64,000 nt of DNA from Malacoraja senta (taxonomy: Eukaryota). Positions 47,597 to 61,600 of the stretch are shown here, one piece after another. Location of the stretch: positions 1,800,001 to 1,864,000 of the forward strand of contig CM075992.1 in NCBI GenBank assembly GCA_038087875.1, written 5' to 3'. The notes beneath the pieces were generated by a model, which ran no database searches, was not told where the DNA came from, and worked only from the letters and a program-made list of their open reading frames with translations. Both the position numbers and the translations under genes were made by a program. Every line of letters starts with the position of its first letter. The stretch's first letter is position 1.

Positions 47597-49355
47597 TTTG
47601 TTTTTTTTAAATATTTTTATTTTATTAGAAGTACAATTGTATACAATCATATTTTCATAATACCTTTTATCTACAGCTTCTTATTTAAATTTTTTTTTGA
47701 AATAAAGAAGAAAAAGAAAACAGTTAATGAAAAACAGAAAAATGTGAGATATATAGTGTGTGAAAAAGAAAAATAAAGAATGAAAAAAGAAAGTTGAGAC
47801 ATAGAAAATAGAAGAAAGAGAATAAAAGAAGAGAAGAGAAGAAAAGAAAATAGATCATTTATAATCTTGACCATCCGCAGTCACGGATTAGCTTTTACAC
47901 CTGTTTTGCACCATATGTTTCCAAAAAGACGACAAATGGAGACCAACTCGTTATGAATTGGTCAAATTTATCTATTAGGAGGAATCGCATTTCCTCAAGA
48001 TGTGCGGTATCCAACATACTTGCAATCCACATTTTGAGCGTTGGTATTGGTGTATTTTTCCAAAATTTCAATATTAATTTTTTTGCTATTATTAAACCAT
48101 AATTAAAAATTGACTTTTGAGATGAGCTCAATTTGTTCCCGTCTTCCATTACCCCAAATATAATCAATTCATTATTGGGTTCCATTTTTGTCTTAAATAG
48201 TTTTGTAAATATTTTGAAAATATCACTCCAAAATCCATGAAGTTTTAATGAAGAAACAAAAGAGTGTGTTATAGTTGCGTCTTGGGTTAAACATTTATCG
48301 CAAATGGGCGATATATTTGGATAAAATTTATTTAATCTTGTTTTTGAGTAATATAATCTATGTAAAATTTTTAATTGGATTAGGTTATGTCTTGCGTTAA
48401 TCGAACACTTGTGAATGTATGTCAAATACTTTTCCTATGTAGCCTTCATAATTTTTATCAATAATTCCCGTTCCCACTCTTCTCTAATTACCTCGGTCAC
48501 AGGTAAATCTATATTTAAGATACTATTATATAAATATGATATTAATTTTTGTGTATCAGCTTTTATATTCATTACTTCTTCTAGTAAATCAGGAGTTATT
48601 TTTTGATATCCCTGTATGTATGTCTTCAAAAAATTACAAATCTGAAAATATTTAAAATAATGAGTGTTTTTCAGTTTAAATTGTAATTGTAATTGTTGAA
48701 ATGATAATAAATCTCCCATTTCATACATGTCCCCGATCCTTTTAATTCCTAAACTTTCCCATTGATTATATATTTTATCCATCATAGATGGTTTAAATAA
48801 AGGATTATTCGCTATCGGTGTTAACAATGATAGGTTTCTTAATTTTAAGGATAATTTTATTTGTTTCCATATTCTTATTGTATCTTGTATAATTGGGTTT
48901 TTCTTATATATTGTATTGTTCATTTTTTTCAGGGAGAAGAGGATTGTTCCTATATTACAAGGATAACAATCCTCTTTCTCCATTTTTATCCATTCTGTCT
49001 GTTGAGTTGAACTATCCAACCAGTAAATTATATTCTTAATATGTATTGCCCAATAGTAATACAAAAAATTAGGGAGTGAAAGTCCCCCGACATCTTTTGG
49101 TTTACATAAGTGTTCTTTTTTAATTCTATGTGATTTATAATCCCAAACAAAATTAGTAATATTAGCGTTCAGTTTAGAAAAAAAATATTTTGGTACATAT
49201 ACTGGTATAGATTGAAATAGGTATAATAACTGTGGTAGGAAGCTCATTTTAATAGCATTTATTCTGCCTATTAATGATAAAGGGAGTGTTTTCCAAAATG
49301 TTATCATTATATTAAGTTTATTTATTAAGGGTATAAAATTGGCATTGAATAAAGC
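47597..49355 (-). mobile_element. L1-clade LINE, 5'-truncated, ORF2 C-terminal part
   Basis: WKTLPLSLIGRINAIKM..LLYLFQSIP, C-terminal CDKC..H; poly-T on the + strand; TSD TTATTGTGTG(TG)TTTT. Confidence 0.92.
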
Positions 49356-49584
49356 TTATTGTGTGTTTTGTTATTTATTATTATATGTATGACTGCAGGC
49401 AACGAAATTTCGTTCAGACCGAAAGGTCTGAATGACAAATAAAGGAATCTCTAATCTCTCTAATCTCTTATCATTTAAGTCTAGAAAGAAAAATCACATT
49501 TCCTTAAGTCATAGCAATGCTTATATTTGATAATTTGTCATTTTGCAGTATGTTAATGGTATGCAATGTACAAATAATACTTAC

Positions 49585-49666
49585 ATTTTATTTATAACCC
49601 TTCTCGGTACAAAGAACCATGCTAGGATCAGTAAAATAGCAAAACCAACAAGAACACCTAAAATAA
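49585..49666 (-). CDS. Putative transmembrane exon (IILGVLVGFAILLILAWFFVPRRVINK)
   Basis: ttcttcctttccag acceptor, GTAAGT donor, hydrophobic stretch followed by basic residues. Confidence 0.7.
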
Positions 49667-52600
49667 CTGGAAAGGAAGAAAAAGGAGTTAGTGAAACAGA
49701 AATTATTGAGCTTTATCGGTCCTGTTACATCAACAGCAATGGGTAGATATATATTAAAATATTGCCCAACTATATTTTTTAAATACCTCTGTTGAAAAGA
49801 TATATGGTGAATGGACGGCATTTTTACAACTCTAAACGTTACACGTCATTATCCCTGTGTTGAGAAAGACCCACAATTTTGTCTAAGGTTACTATTTTGG
49901 ATACATGATCTATCATCTGGTTGTACAGATTATCTGTCCACTCATGGCAAAAAACAAAAGTGGTGAAAAAGCTAAGTGTGTAAATTACCCTCTAAGCTAT
50001 CCAGAGGCCTAGACTGATGATTCTAAGCCCCATCAAAATAGCTGGGAAATTTAGTTTCAGTTAATTAAATAAAAAGGCTAGTGTCAGGAAAGATAATCAT
50101 AAGGGACAGATGTTAAATGTGGACTTTGTCAGCAATACGTGTCCTGTATTAAATTATTAAAAGATACAAATGACACGAGGTATGTCATTCCATACCTCTC
50201 TTTGTGTTAGAGTAGCTCTTTTCCCATTAACAATAGGAGACTTGTATTCCTGTTGCCAGTTGTACACCCTCTTTAAATAGGAGGTAAATGCCAAACAACC
50301 AACAGTGTCCAGGTTTCATCAGCAGAGAGGGTTATTGGCTGCAACCTTCCCTCCGTTGATGAACTGTACACTGCAAGGGCCAGGAAGCGAGCGGGCAAGA
50401 TCATCTCTGATCCCTCTCACCCTGGCCACAAACTCTTTGAATCACTTCCTTCTGGAAGGATTGTCACTGCCACAGCCAGACATAAAAACAGTTTTTATCC
50501 ACGAGTAGTTGCTTACTCAACAGCCAAAAATCTGTAGCCTCGCTTTGATTTGGTATTTTGTTGGTTCACATGCTTGATCAATGGTGTTTTATCATTAATG
50601 TTTTATTATTATTAATGTTTAGTGTTTTCCGAGTCATTCGTAACTGTCACTGTATGTCATGTTGTTACTTGTGGGCGGAGCACTAAGGCAAATTCCTTGT
50701 ATGTGAATATTTAGAAACATAGAAACATTGAAAATAAGTGCAGGATGCAGCACCGCCATTCATTGTGATCATGGCTGATCATCCCCTATCAATAACCCGT
50801 GCCTGCCTTCTCCCCATATCCCTTGACTCCACTAGCACCTAGAGCTCTATCTAACTCTCTCTTAAATCCATCCGGTGACTTGGCCTCCACTGCCCTCTGT
50901 GGCAGGGAATTCCATAAATTCACAACTCTCTGGGTGAAAAAGTTTTTTCTCACCTCAGTCTTAAATGACCTCCACTTTATTCTAAGACTGTGGCCCCTGG
51001 TTCTGGACTCGCCCCACATTGGGAACATTTTCCCTGCATTTTTCCTGCATCTAGCTTGTCCAGTCCTTTTATAATTTTATATGTTTCTATAAGATCCCCC
51101 CTCATCCTTGTAAACTCCAGTGAATACAAGCCTAGTCTTTTCAATCTTTCCTCATATGACAGTCCCGCCATCCCAGGGATCAATCTCTTGGCCAATAAAC
51201 TTACTTACTTACTTACTTGTTGAAGAAAATAGGAGCAGAGGCACTGTGCAATTCTGATCTCCACTTCGTGTCATTCATTAACAACCCAGCATGAATACAA
51301 TATCTTTTTGGCTAATCAGGAAAGATGCCTGTTACACTACAACATTAAAACATAAGAAATTGAATAAAGACCAGACCATGCGGCCCCTTGTGCATGCTCA
51401 GCCATGGTTAATCATTTACCCTAGCGGGATTTTCCTGTGCTAACCTCATATTATGATTACCATATTAATAAAAAGTCTTTCAATTTCGACCTTGAACTAC
51501 AGCAACTGAGCCTCCCAGCTCCTTTAGACTGAGAATTTCTAAGATTTACCACCCTCTGGGTGAAGGAATTTTCTGTCTTGAATCAATGACCCCTTGATTG
51601 TGAGCCCTGGTTCTAAACACACCAACCTGTGGAAATATTAACCCTGCATCTATGCTGTCAAGCGTGTCAGTCTGTTGTATGCGTCAATGACAGGACACTA
51701 CCCTTAGATCATGCAACCAGACCTGTGCTCAATATATTCCAGGCATAACCACAGCTCTGTACATTTGGAGCAGGACACCTCAACTCTTGTACTCAAATCA
51801 TCCTGAAGTAAACAGCAACATACCATTTGTCTTCCTACACTCACATTTGTCTCTCCTACTCACATGCTCCCAACAATTCATGAGCAAGAACATCCAATTC
51901 CATCTGTATCCCATCTTTCAATTACTTGTGCAAAAAGTACTCTGATAACTAGTTTTTCTCTCAAAAAGTGGATAGCATCACATTTTGCTCACATTATATT
52001 CTAACTGCTATGTCCTTACTTATATAATCAGTCGACATCTCTATGAAACCTCTCTGTACCCTCCTCACAGCCCACACTGCCACCTGGCTTTGTGTTATCA
52101 GCAAACTTGTTTATATTAAATTTTTTCCCCCGTAGGGGACAAAATATAATATCAATAAGCTTGCTGATTAATACATTGGATGAGGGGACAAAATGTAATA
52201 TAACTAAGTTACATGGGGCTCCAGCAGCAATCTCTATGGCATCACCCTAGTCATTGCCTTCCAAACTCAAAAATCATTAGCTTATTCCTACCATATATTT
52301 TTGTTCATTACTCAATCCCCAATCCATTGCAGTGTATTGGCCCCAATAATGTGCGCTCTCAGACTGATTAATAATTGATTAATTTTATTGTTATTTTCTG
52401 GATCTAGGAAGTGCGAACAATGCCAACTTGTATTGCTGGTTTCCTAATTGCCCTTGGGAAGGTGGTGGCAAGCTGCTTTCTTGAATTGGCTTTAACTATT
52501 CCATTACTTGTAACCTCAAACATTTAACACCCAGTTTGCCCTTATCCATGTTGCCAATTGCAGTCTGAAAAACTCTTACCAGTCCTATTTTGTCAGGACA

Positions 52601-55600
52601 CTATAACCCGCTTTAACAAAAGGTTTGAACAATCTTCCCAATTACTCATGTTAGGCTAACTGGTGTTATAGTTCCCCATTTTCTCTCTCCCCCTCCTTTC
52701 TTTAAATTGGAGTAACATTTGCTACCATCCAACAGTGAGAACCGTTCTGCAGTTCTGCAATTTTGTAAGATGACAGCTGCTGCATTCACCATCTCCATAT
52801 CTGCCTCCTTTAAAACGCTAGGTTTGCAAATAGAAACATAGAAACATAGAAATTAGGTGCAGGAGTAGGCCGTTCGGCCCTTCGAGCCTGCACCGCCATT
52901 CAATATGATCATGGCTGATCATCCAACTCAGTATCCCGTGCCTGCCTTCTCTCCATACCCTCTGATCCCTTTAGCCACAAGGGCCACATCTAACTCCCTC
53001 TTAAATATAGCCAATGAACTGGCCTCGACTACCCTCTGTGGCAGAGAGTTCTAGAGATTCACCACTCTGTGTGAAAAAAGTTCTTCTCACCTCGGTTTTA
53101 AAGGATTTCCCCCTTATCCTTAAGCTGTGAAATGACCAGATCCTGCAGATTTATTACTTTTCAGTCCCATTTATTTAATCTCTATTAATTGTACACCGTT
53201 ATATTTGAACTCTCCTTTCACTCTAGACTTGCTGTTGTCTTCTATTTCTGGGAGGATTTTTGTCCCTTCTCAAATAGGTTATCAAAAAATATTTGTTTAA
53301 TATTTCTGTCATTATTTCCCCAGTGTAATTTCTCCTGTCTCTTGTAAAGACTCGCATTAATTTTAACTATTCTTTTGGTTTTAAGAGTAAACAAGATCTT
53401 ACTATCAGCTTTTGTGTTTCTCCCTCCCCCAACCACATATTCGATTTCCTTGTTCCTATCAATGTCCTGGTCATCCTTCAATTAATCTGTAATTTTCCCA
53501 ATTCCCAATTCTTTGGCAACAAAAGAAAGTTATATTTTTCTTGATAGCCATGGATGGACAGCTTTTTCTATTTGAATTGCCTTAAAGAGATTGTCTTAAA
53601 ATATTGCTTTAAAAGACGCGAGTTCCTTAAATTTACCAATATAATGCTTTTACCAGTTAATTAGAGCTGTTTAAAATGACAGCTGTAATGGTGGAGGGCA
53701 GAGTTAAGATCAGTCTAATTTTTCAAAATAAGTAAAGTTTGATGAAGTAATTGTCAGTGGTGCTCTAAATAAACAGAATAAGCATTAGTACCAAAATGTG
53801 GGGCACACATGTGTACTGCCCGAGTGAAGTCTGCTACACGATTTTACCGGATTGTATGCAAAACAAAGCATTTCATTGTACCTTGGTACATGTGACAATA
53901 AAGTATCATTGAATCATTGGAGTTATATGAGGTATTCATAATTTCCAGCCAATTCACCACTTACTGAGAACGATTATTCTGAAGCGTCTTTGCCCAACTA
54001 CCCAATAATCATCTTGATCGTCAGTTGACTTTTGTTCTTTGTTATGGTTTTGTTCATGTTCATGACCAGTATCTTGGTGCTTATTAGCTTGCTTTACCTT
54101 TTCATCTTCCAAGTCTGGAAAACAAGGAACAATTACTTTGAGCAGCAATTGAAGTTTTAATATCCAAACAGATATATAAAAGAGTAGGTGGTCAAAAATT
54201 TGAAAATTAAAAATTCTGGACTTACAAACAGGTCAGGATGTATTTGAGCATGTTTTTACTAAATTTTAATCATGCTTTAATACCGAATAAAGAATAATTA
54301 TTTTAAATAATCCTGTCCCATTCCTTAAGTCACATGGGAATCACGATGAGTTGGTAAATTGGATACAAAATTGGCTTGATCTGGCTATACAGAACTTGAA
54401 GTCTATGATCAGTGGTGGTCCTCAAGAAGCAGTGCTGCGACCGGTTGTTTCTATTGTATATAAATGACAGATGAAAATATAGATTATCTAATTAGTAAGT
54501 CTGCAGGCAACAACAAAAAATGGCAGAATTGTAAAATAGTTGTCAAAGAATACAGCAGGATATGGACCAATTGGAAATTTAGACAGACAAATGGCAGATG
54601 GAATTCAATCCAGCCAAGTGTTAGGTGGTGTATTTTGGGAGGTAGGTACACAGTAAAGGTAGGACTCCCAAAAGCATTGATGTACAAAGCGATCTTTGGA
54701 TTCAAGGCCATAGCTCCTTGAAAGTCACAACACAAGTGGATAGGGTGGTAAAGGAGGAATACATTATGCTTGACTTCATTGGTTGGACACTGTGTATAAA
54801 AATTAGAATGTCACAATGAGCTTTTCAAATTAACTCCTCAAAATATTCTCTTAAATTTTTGACAATTTCTTAAAACAGTTTATTTTTCTTTTTTATCCAC
54901 TTTTTATGTTCTCTTGAAAAGTCACTAACAAGTGACAAAATACTGTTCCATGGGCACCTGTAGCTTTGTAGTATTTTATACAAACACTCTTCCCTTATGT
55001 GCAAACCATATTGAGTCTTAGATGGACATTTGTTCAATGGACATCATAATTAATCAAACTACTTTCTGCTCCTTATGCATCTTTCACTAGATAACGAGCA
55101 AGACTGATGAAAAGGCTCATTTAACAATAATACTGATATTCCTCAACTCAATACAGGCAAAGAATTGACACTGGTCTTATCAGTGCCAGTGAGAGCAAAA
55201 ACTGCATCCATTCAGCAACCTTATCACTGAAGGACCAGCAACCATTCTCATGTCTGCCCAACTTCCTATTGTCCCTTTATTCACTTACATAAAGATTTGG
55301 CTTCAAATTACATGCCAATTGATTAAGAGTGTAGGAAGTGCTGGTTTAAAATAAAGATAGACACAAAAACCTGGAATAACTCAGCGGGAGAGGCAACATT
55401 TCTGGAGAGAAGTAATGGGTGACGTTTCGGGTCAAGACCCTTCTTCAGATTGATTAATATGGATCGACATAAAGATTGTCTGAATTGATTTAACTAACTG
55501 AAGATACCGCCTGGTCTGATTTTCATCAGAAGTTTTACGGCTGAAGAAAGGTCACTGACCTGAAACATAAACTTTATGTATTCTCTTTCTTTCTCCTTCT

Positions 55601-58600
55601 GTAAATGCAAGCTGATCTATTAATCATTTTTAACAATTTGTTTCTATTTAATAGTAACTCTTTTCTCTTGTAAAGCTGTAATGTTAAAACCCAGCTACTA
55701 CTGGTTCTACCTTTAGCTTGATCCTCCCATTTTAAGATTTGATGCCATGGTGATATTTTTACATCATATCCACAAAATTATGAGGGTAAGTCTCAGAAAA
55801 GTTCACAAACAATGCCCTCGTGATATATGGTCAGCAGTGCCATTTTTAGATGAGATCCTGCTGAGGTATAATGCTATCTACTGTGCTTGACTAAAACGTT
55901 TGAAATATAAAAGCTACGTACAGAGTGTTTTTGTTGTTTACAAGCACATGGATATTTTCCATGGTGCAAACATTTTCTCAGATATTGCTACATGCTGCCA
56001 TTAAAACAATGTATTAAATGATCTATCCTCCACATAGGATTTCTTCTTACAAAATGGTGAACAGCAAGTTGCTCAGCTACCATCAATTCTAACAATCTTA
56101 ACTCAAACCAAATAATGAAACACTTCATAGTATTCCATGCTGTCTAAAAAAATGTCACTACGTTAAGACTAAAGATCCTCCATCGAATGTGAGAAGCACC
56201 TACATGTTTTCAATAAAATAACATGTATTCAAAGTCCCACTTCAGAAATCTGTGCACAAACATGTCGTCCAAGTCCAAGTTACATTTATTGTCACATGCA
56301 CCAATTGGTGCAGTGAGATTTGAGTTACCATACAGCCATACGAATAAAAAGAACACAATACACGATAGGCTTTAACATGAACATCCCCACACAGCGGAAT
56401 CAACGTGTCCCACTGTGAGGGAAGGCAATAAAGTTCAGTCATCTTCCTCTTCGCGGGAACAGTTCTGGGGAGTAATATAGTACTTTATTTTTGAGAGGTC
56501 AGAAAGACTACAAAGTCTAATGTCTTAGTATTCTGGGACTACCTGGCAATTACCACAATGCCGATCGTGGACCTTACGCAGGAAATGTCTGATGCTTCGC
56601 CAACAGTCATAATAGTGAATTAAAGTTGGAAATAAATGCAGATGATATGAATCTGAAAGAAACATAAAAAGTGCTGCAAAATTCAGCATTTGTGAAAAAG
56701 AGAACACAGATTTCAATTAATGGATATTATTAAAGCAGAGATTGATAGGTTCTCAATTAGTGTCAAAGGTTAAGATGAGAAGGCAGGAGAATGGGATTGA
56801 GAGAGAAAAGTAGATTAGCCATGATCAAATGCGGAGGAGACTCGGTGGGCTAAATGGTCTAATTCTGTTCCTATGTCTTATGACCATTTCAGGTATGCAA
56901 CTCTGTTAGAACTGAGTTGATTACTGGAAGTAAAAGTATTTTCGGACATCAGAAGGATACATAAAGCAGCAGAGGTGCAATTTTTTTTCTTAGCTAGTTT
57001 GCTGCTGCATGAGAGACTTTTCCACTACTTTATCTTTATCAACCCGTTGTAATTTGGAAATCAATAGTGAAGATCTCAAAGAAATCACAAAGAAACCTCT
57101 ATTCAATCAATCTGAAGAACCAAGCCTGAAGAGTCCCAATCAATAGCAGCCACAGAATGTCCCAAATAACTGGCCTGACCCGAAAACCACCTTAATTAAC
57201 ACAGTGAAGAACCCCTCTTGCTCTCCATGAGACCACTGAGAATGGTTTGGTAACAACGACCAAGAGATCCGGAAGCTAATAAACTAATAATGCAAGGCAT
57301 CCTTATACTAGAAGCACCATCATACATGCAAGACACTTTTGGACTGAAAGCACCCTCAATGGAGGATAAAACAGACTTGAAGGTCAAGGTCCATACAAAA
57401 CATGGCTTAGAGGACAGATAATATGTGCAGGAAATTTGATAGCTGTAACCATAACATAGATCCTTCAGTACTATAAGACCATCTGTGAATCCAATGTCCA
57501 AGTAGAAAAGAATGAAGCCAATAGGAATGTCAATAGCTGAAGAAAAGTGAGAGGATCAGCAACTGCTGGATAGAGCACTTCCAAGATCCCATGTTTCTGG
57601 TTATATCTATATGTATTGTAGCAATACACCAGAAAGTGGCACCAAAACTTACTGTATAGGTTGGGTGGAGCTAAATCTGAGCAAGGACTTTCCTCATATA
57701 GTTTAACATTGTATTTATCTATAGCACGATCATTAAATCTCAAGTGATTTTGACATCAACATCCAAAAGGTCGCTCGTGTTAACCACTGTATTTAATGGT
57801 TCATTTTCATATTTCACATGCTGTTTCCATCTCTATATCATTTACAGCAAATGTTTATTTTTACACCTACAACAATTCCTCTATTGAAGGTCAAATGTAA
57901 GAGAGAAAAAAACTATAAATGGCAGGAAACATTTATGTACAGAGGAATCACTGGTTCCAATTCATAGCACCCTGAAAGTAGCAACATAAGTAAATAGGAT
58001 GGTAAAAATGCCATACAGCATACTTGCCTTCATCGCTCATGGGGTGAGGGGTTGAGTATAAAAGTCAGAAAGTGATGTTGAGTATAAAAGTCAGGAAGTG
58101 ATGTTACAGAATTATAAAGCTTTGGTTCAGCTGCATTTGGAGTACTGAGTCCTGTTCTGATTGTCACATTACACCCTGCTCTGACATATCTCACTACTTC
58201 TCTGTATCCAAACAACTTTATTTCAGAGGTTTTGATCTTGTGTACCCTGGTCAAAAATATTCTCCAGCTTCTCCTCTCAGGCCCCATTCGATGTTTTGCT
58301 GATTCTGGACCTTACTGTTTTGTCCCACTCCCCCAAAATCATCCATGAATCTTTCTGACAAAATATATTACCCTTCAATCCCAAAACCATTTCATTTTGG
58401 TTTTCTCTTCAAAACTATTTTTAAAAGCTATCCTTAATTCCTATTATTTCCCATTTGGTGTCAAATCCCTATCTTGTAAAGTGCTAATCTACTTGAGGAG
58501 TATTGTATAATTTATTTCTAAAATATATTGTAACATTAACAAACCTTCAAGGCCACCTAAATGCAAAATACGCACATCACGCATATGCTTGTGTTCATCA

Positions 58601-61600
58601 ATTCTTATAAACAGATGTGAAAACTTATGCTATTTATTTGTTTGCTGTTTTAATCTGGCTGGTTAAGAAACTGTACTAAACGGTTGCACTTCCGCTACAG
58701 GAAAACCACAGGGAAAGGAATAAGCCCTAAGTATCCCTTTTCTACAATTACTCTCCACACCTGAAGACATTTCTTCAAATGATTCATAATGTGGCACTGT
58801 CTTGATATATTTCTTTCTGCTGTCACTATCCAAGTTCCATACAACGTCTTCTTTTGCATCTGAAATAAAATTATTTGAAAGCTGTACCATCAAGATTCGT
58901 ACAGGTATGAAAGTTTCCTCTCACATACTGTGCTCAATGACAATATTTAGGGATTATTGTACTTCTCACTTTTTTAAATCTCAATGTGCATCTACTCACT
59001 TTCCATCACAGTCTGCAATGAGTTTGTTAGTTATCAGCATATCTTCTATGGCAAGGCAAATTGTTTGCAAAATGAAAACCTGTGAATTGCACTTCCACTC
59101 AAAGATGACACGTGCTATTTTGCTGAGATGTTGAATATACTAGATAATTCTACTGTCCTAACTAGGGTAAAAAGGCAGCAGGAAAAAGATACAAAATAGA
59201 AATAAAATCTGAAAATAACTCAGATGTTATTGACAGGTATAAAATCAAAAATTAAAATACATAGAAAAATGTTGGATGATTTTGTAGGATAACTGAATGC
59301 AAACAGTGATAATCTTAGTACAGCATTGAAAGCCCAACAATCTGATATTGTGATTACTGGATACAATTTCACTTTCCTGATTAAATCTCTAGGTAGCAAG
59401 TCAGAACTTGAAACATGACAAATTTCCACCTCCTGCGGCTTGAGCTCCCGAAGTCGGTCCCTAACTAGGGACCGCGAGCTCCACGATGTTAAGTCCGCAG
59501 GCTCCCGCGGTTGGAGCTCATGAGGTCGATTCCCAGCAAGAGGCCGCCAGCTCCACGATGTTAAGCCACAGTGCGGACGGAGATATGATACGAAATAAAT
59601 TTGCATCTCCGTCGAGGAAAGAGATTAAAAAAAAATTCCCCCACAACCAACTCCAAACCAAAGATTATAGAGCAGAGCAAGATGCGCCACTCTGCGAAAA
59701 AAGCGTAGTATGACATGGGTGAGTGTTGACGCCATTTTACCGGACTGCAATTTACAATAATAATAGTAATATTTACAATAATATTAACTACATATGTGAA
59801 GTGATAGATGCTATATACAACACTGTTCCCTACAACACGGATTACACCAAAGATGATAGAGCGGAGCAATCTTTGGAACGGATTATACCAAAGACAATAG
59901 AGCGGATCAATCTTTGGAACGGATTACACCAAAGATAATAGAGCGGATCAATCTTTGGAACGGATTACACCAAAGATACGAGAGGAACATTGCCCGCTGA
60001 CTCGGGAGCGCCGACGCTTGAGGCTCTCCCGCCAGACAGAGAGCCTGGTGCCGGCCGCCTTCATCTGGTATCGGGGGGGACCGAGAATCAGTCCTGGATC
60101 AACTCAGGAGTGGAGGAAATGTCCTCTTCCCCCAAAGATACTATAGGAGCCTCCAGTATCTTTGCTCTTCCCTGCGACCTGATGTAAGCGCAGATTGTAT
60201 AACTGTGGAGTCGGTCCCCGCTACCAAAGATGTCGCGTTTTGCATAAAAAAATTAAACTCCAAATATCTGAAGTTCAAATGGAAGCATCTTTAAATTAAA
60301 AAACAGAAACTAAAGTTTAAAACACACCTTTTATTTCTCTAACTCTTGTACATCTTATAACAATGTTGAAGAATTGCCACTCACAAATTGCAAGATTTTG
60401 CCTCTCATTTCCTTCAATTACCTGACTTCCACTATACCACAAACAGGAGTGGAAGTCAGGATTGAGCTAATCACACAAGCTCAAAGTTTTGGAATGTCAA
60501 ACTTCTAGAGTTATGATTTTAGCGATGGAAATGAGATTAAAAAATGATTTTAGTGATGGAAATGAGATTCAGGATTGGAAATTAAAATAATAAAATAAAA
60601 GAGTCAATATCAGATTGCCACTGATTCTCCACAGAATCACCGGCTAGCTAGCAACACAATCCAGTCCAATGTTTTCGGTATCAATTATCTATTCACATTT
60701 TCTTTGTCTAGTTCACTAGTTTTAGTTTTCAACAAGCAGTGTGAATATGGAATTTTCTGACATGTTTTATGACTCTTCCACGTAAGATAGGTATCTGGCT
60801 AAAGTATGAATATGAATAATATCCACAATTTGCATAAAAGGAATTTCAATTTTTTTTAACCAAAACTAGAATTGTAATTTAATTAATTGGCTACAACTAT
60901 AACTTAAAAGTACAATTTTATATCCTAAGATATTCCAAGGCATACACTATTTTGAAGTTTAGTGCCGATAGTTCTGCCATTACAGGTGTTTCCACAACGC
61001 TATCAGATATAATGTGATTAATGAATTGGGAAACACTATTTGTATTACATAGGTTATAATGGTTATAACCTATGTACATTGGTTATAATGTGATTTCTAT
61101 CGGGAACAACCTAAAAGTCATTTCGGATATTGACAAGCAGAAAAAAGCTGCCTTGGGGAAAAAAAGTCTAAAGAAAAAGAACCTTTTCCATGTAACAACC
61201 CCAAAGTAATCAGTCACCCTTGTCTCTGAAGAAAACAGGCTGCTAGTTTCATGGGTGGCTACTGAAATTGACAAGCAATTGGTTCTATTTACACTTATGC
61301 AATAATAAGCCTTTAATACTTTTAGCTTGTAGTACCTAAAATAAATTTATAGCTATTAAAAAAAAATTGAAAATCCTGTGTGAAAAATACTTAAGTCAGT
61401 CTGGGAATGCTTGGGCTTCATTCTCAAACTGATACACTTTTATTATGAGCCCTTAGATTCCTGGTTTTTGTGAATATTGGTCTGTAGGATCCACTGCTAT
61501 TAATAAACTTTATTCAGGAATGTCACGCTGCTCACCCTCCAGCTCAGTGCATTAATGCACCACCTGACATGGGACTTAGAATTCGGACATGTTTCGGATT

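Noticed and set aside
59837..59977. CRISPR-like array of palindromic repeats
   Set aside because: Units are contiguous and near-identical with no unique spacers; vertebrate context and no cas genes.
60328..60431. Open exon-like stretch (GSQVIEG...VREIK), and a 102-nt phase-1 candidate at 62437-62538
   Set aside because: Weak splice sites, and the first has an incompatible start phase; not supportable without transcripts.
61046..61076. 14-bp-arm hairpin (also a 13-bp inverted repeat at 60421-60460)
   Set aside because: Short local inverted repeats with no further context.
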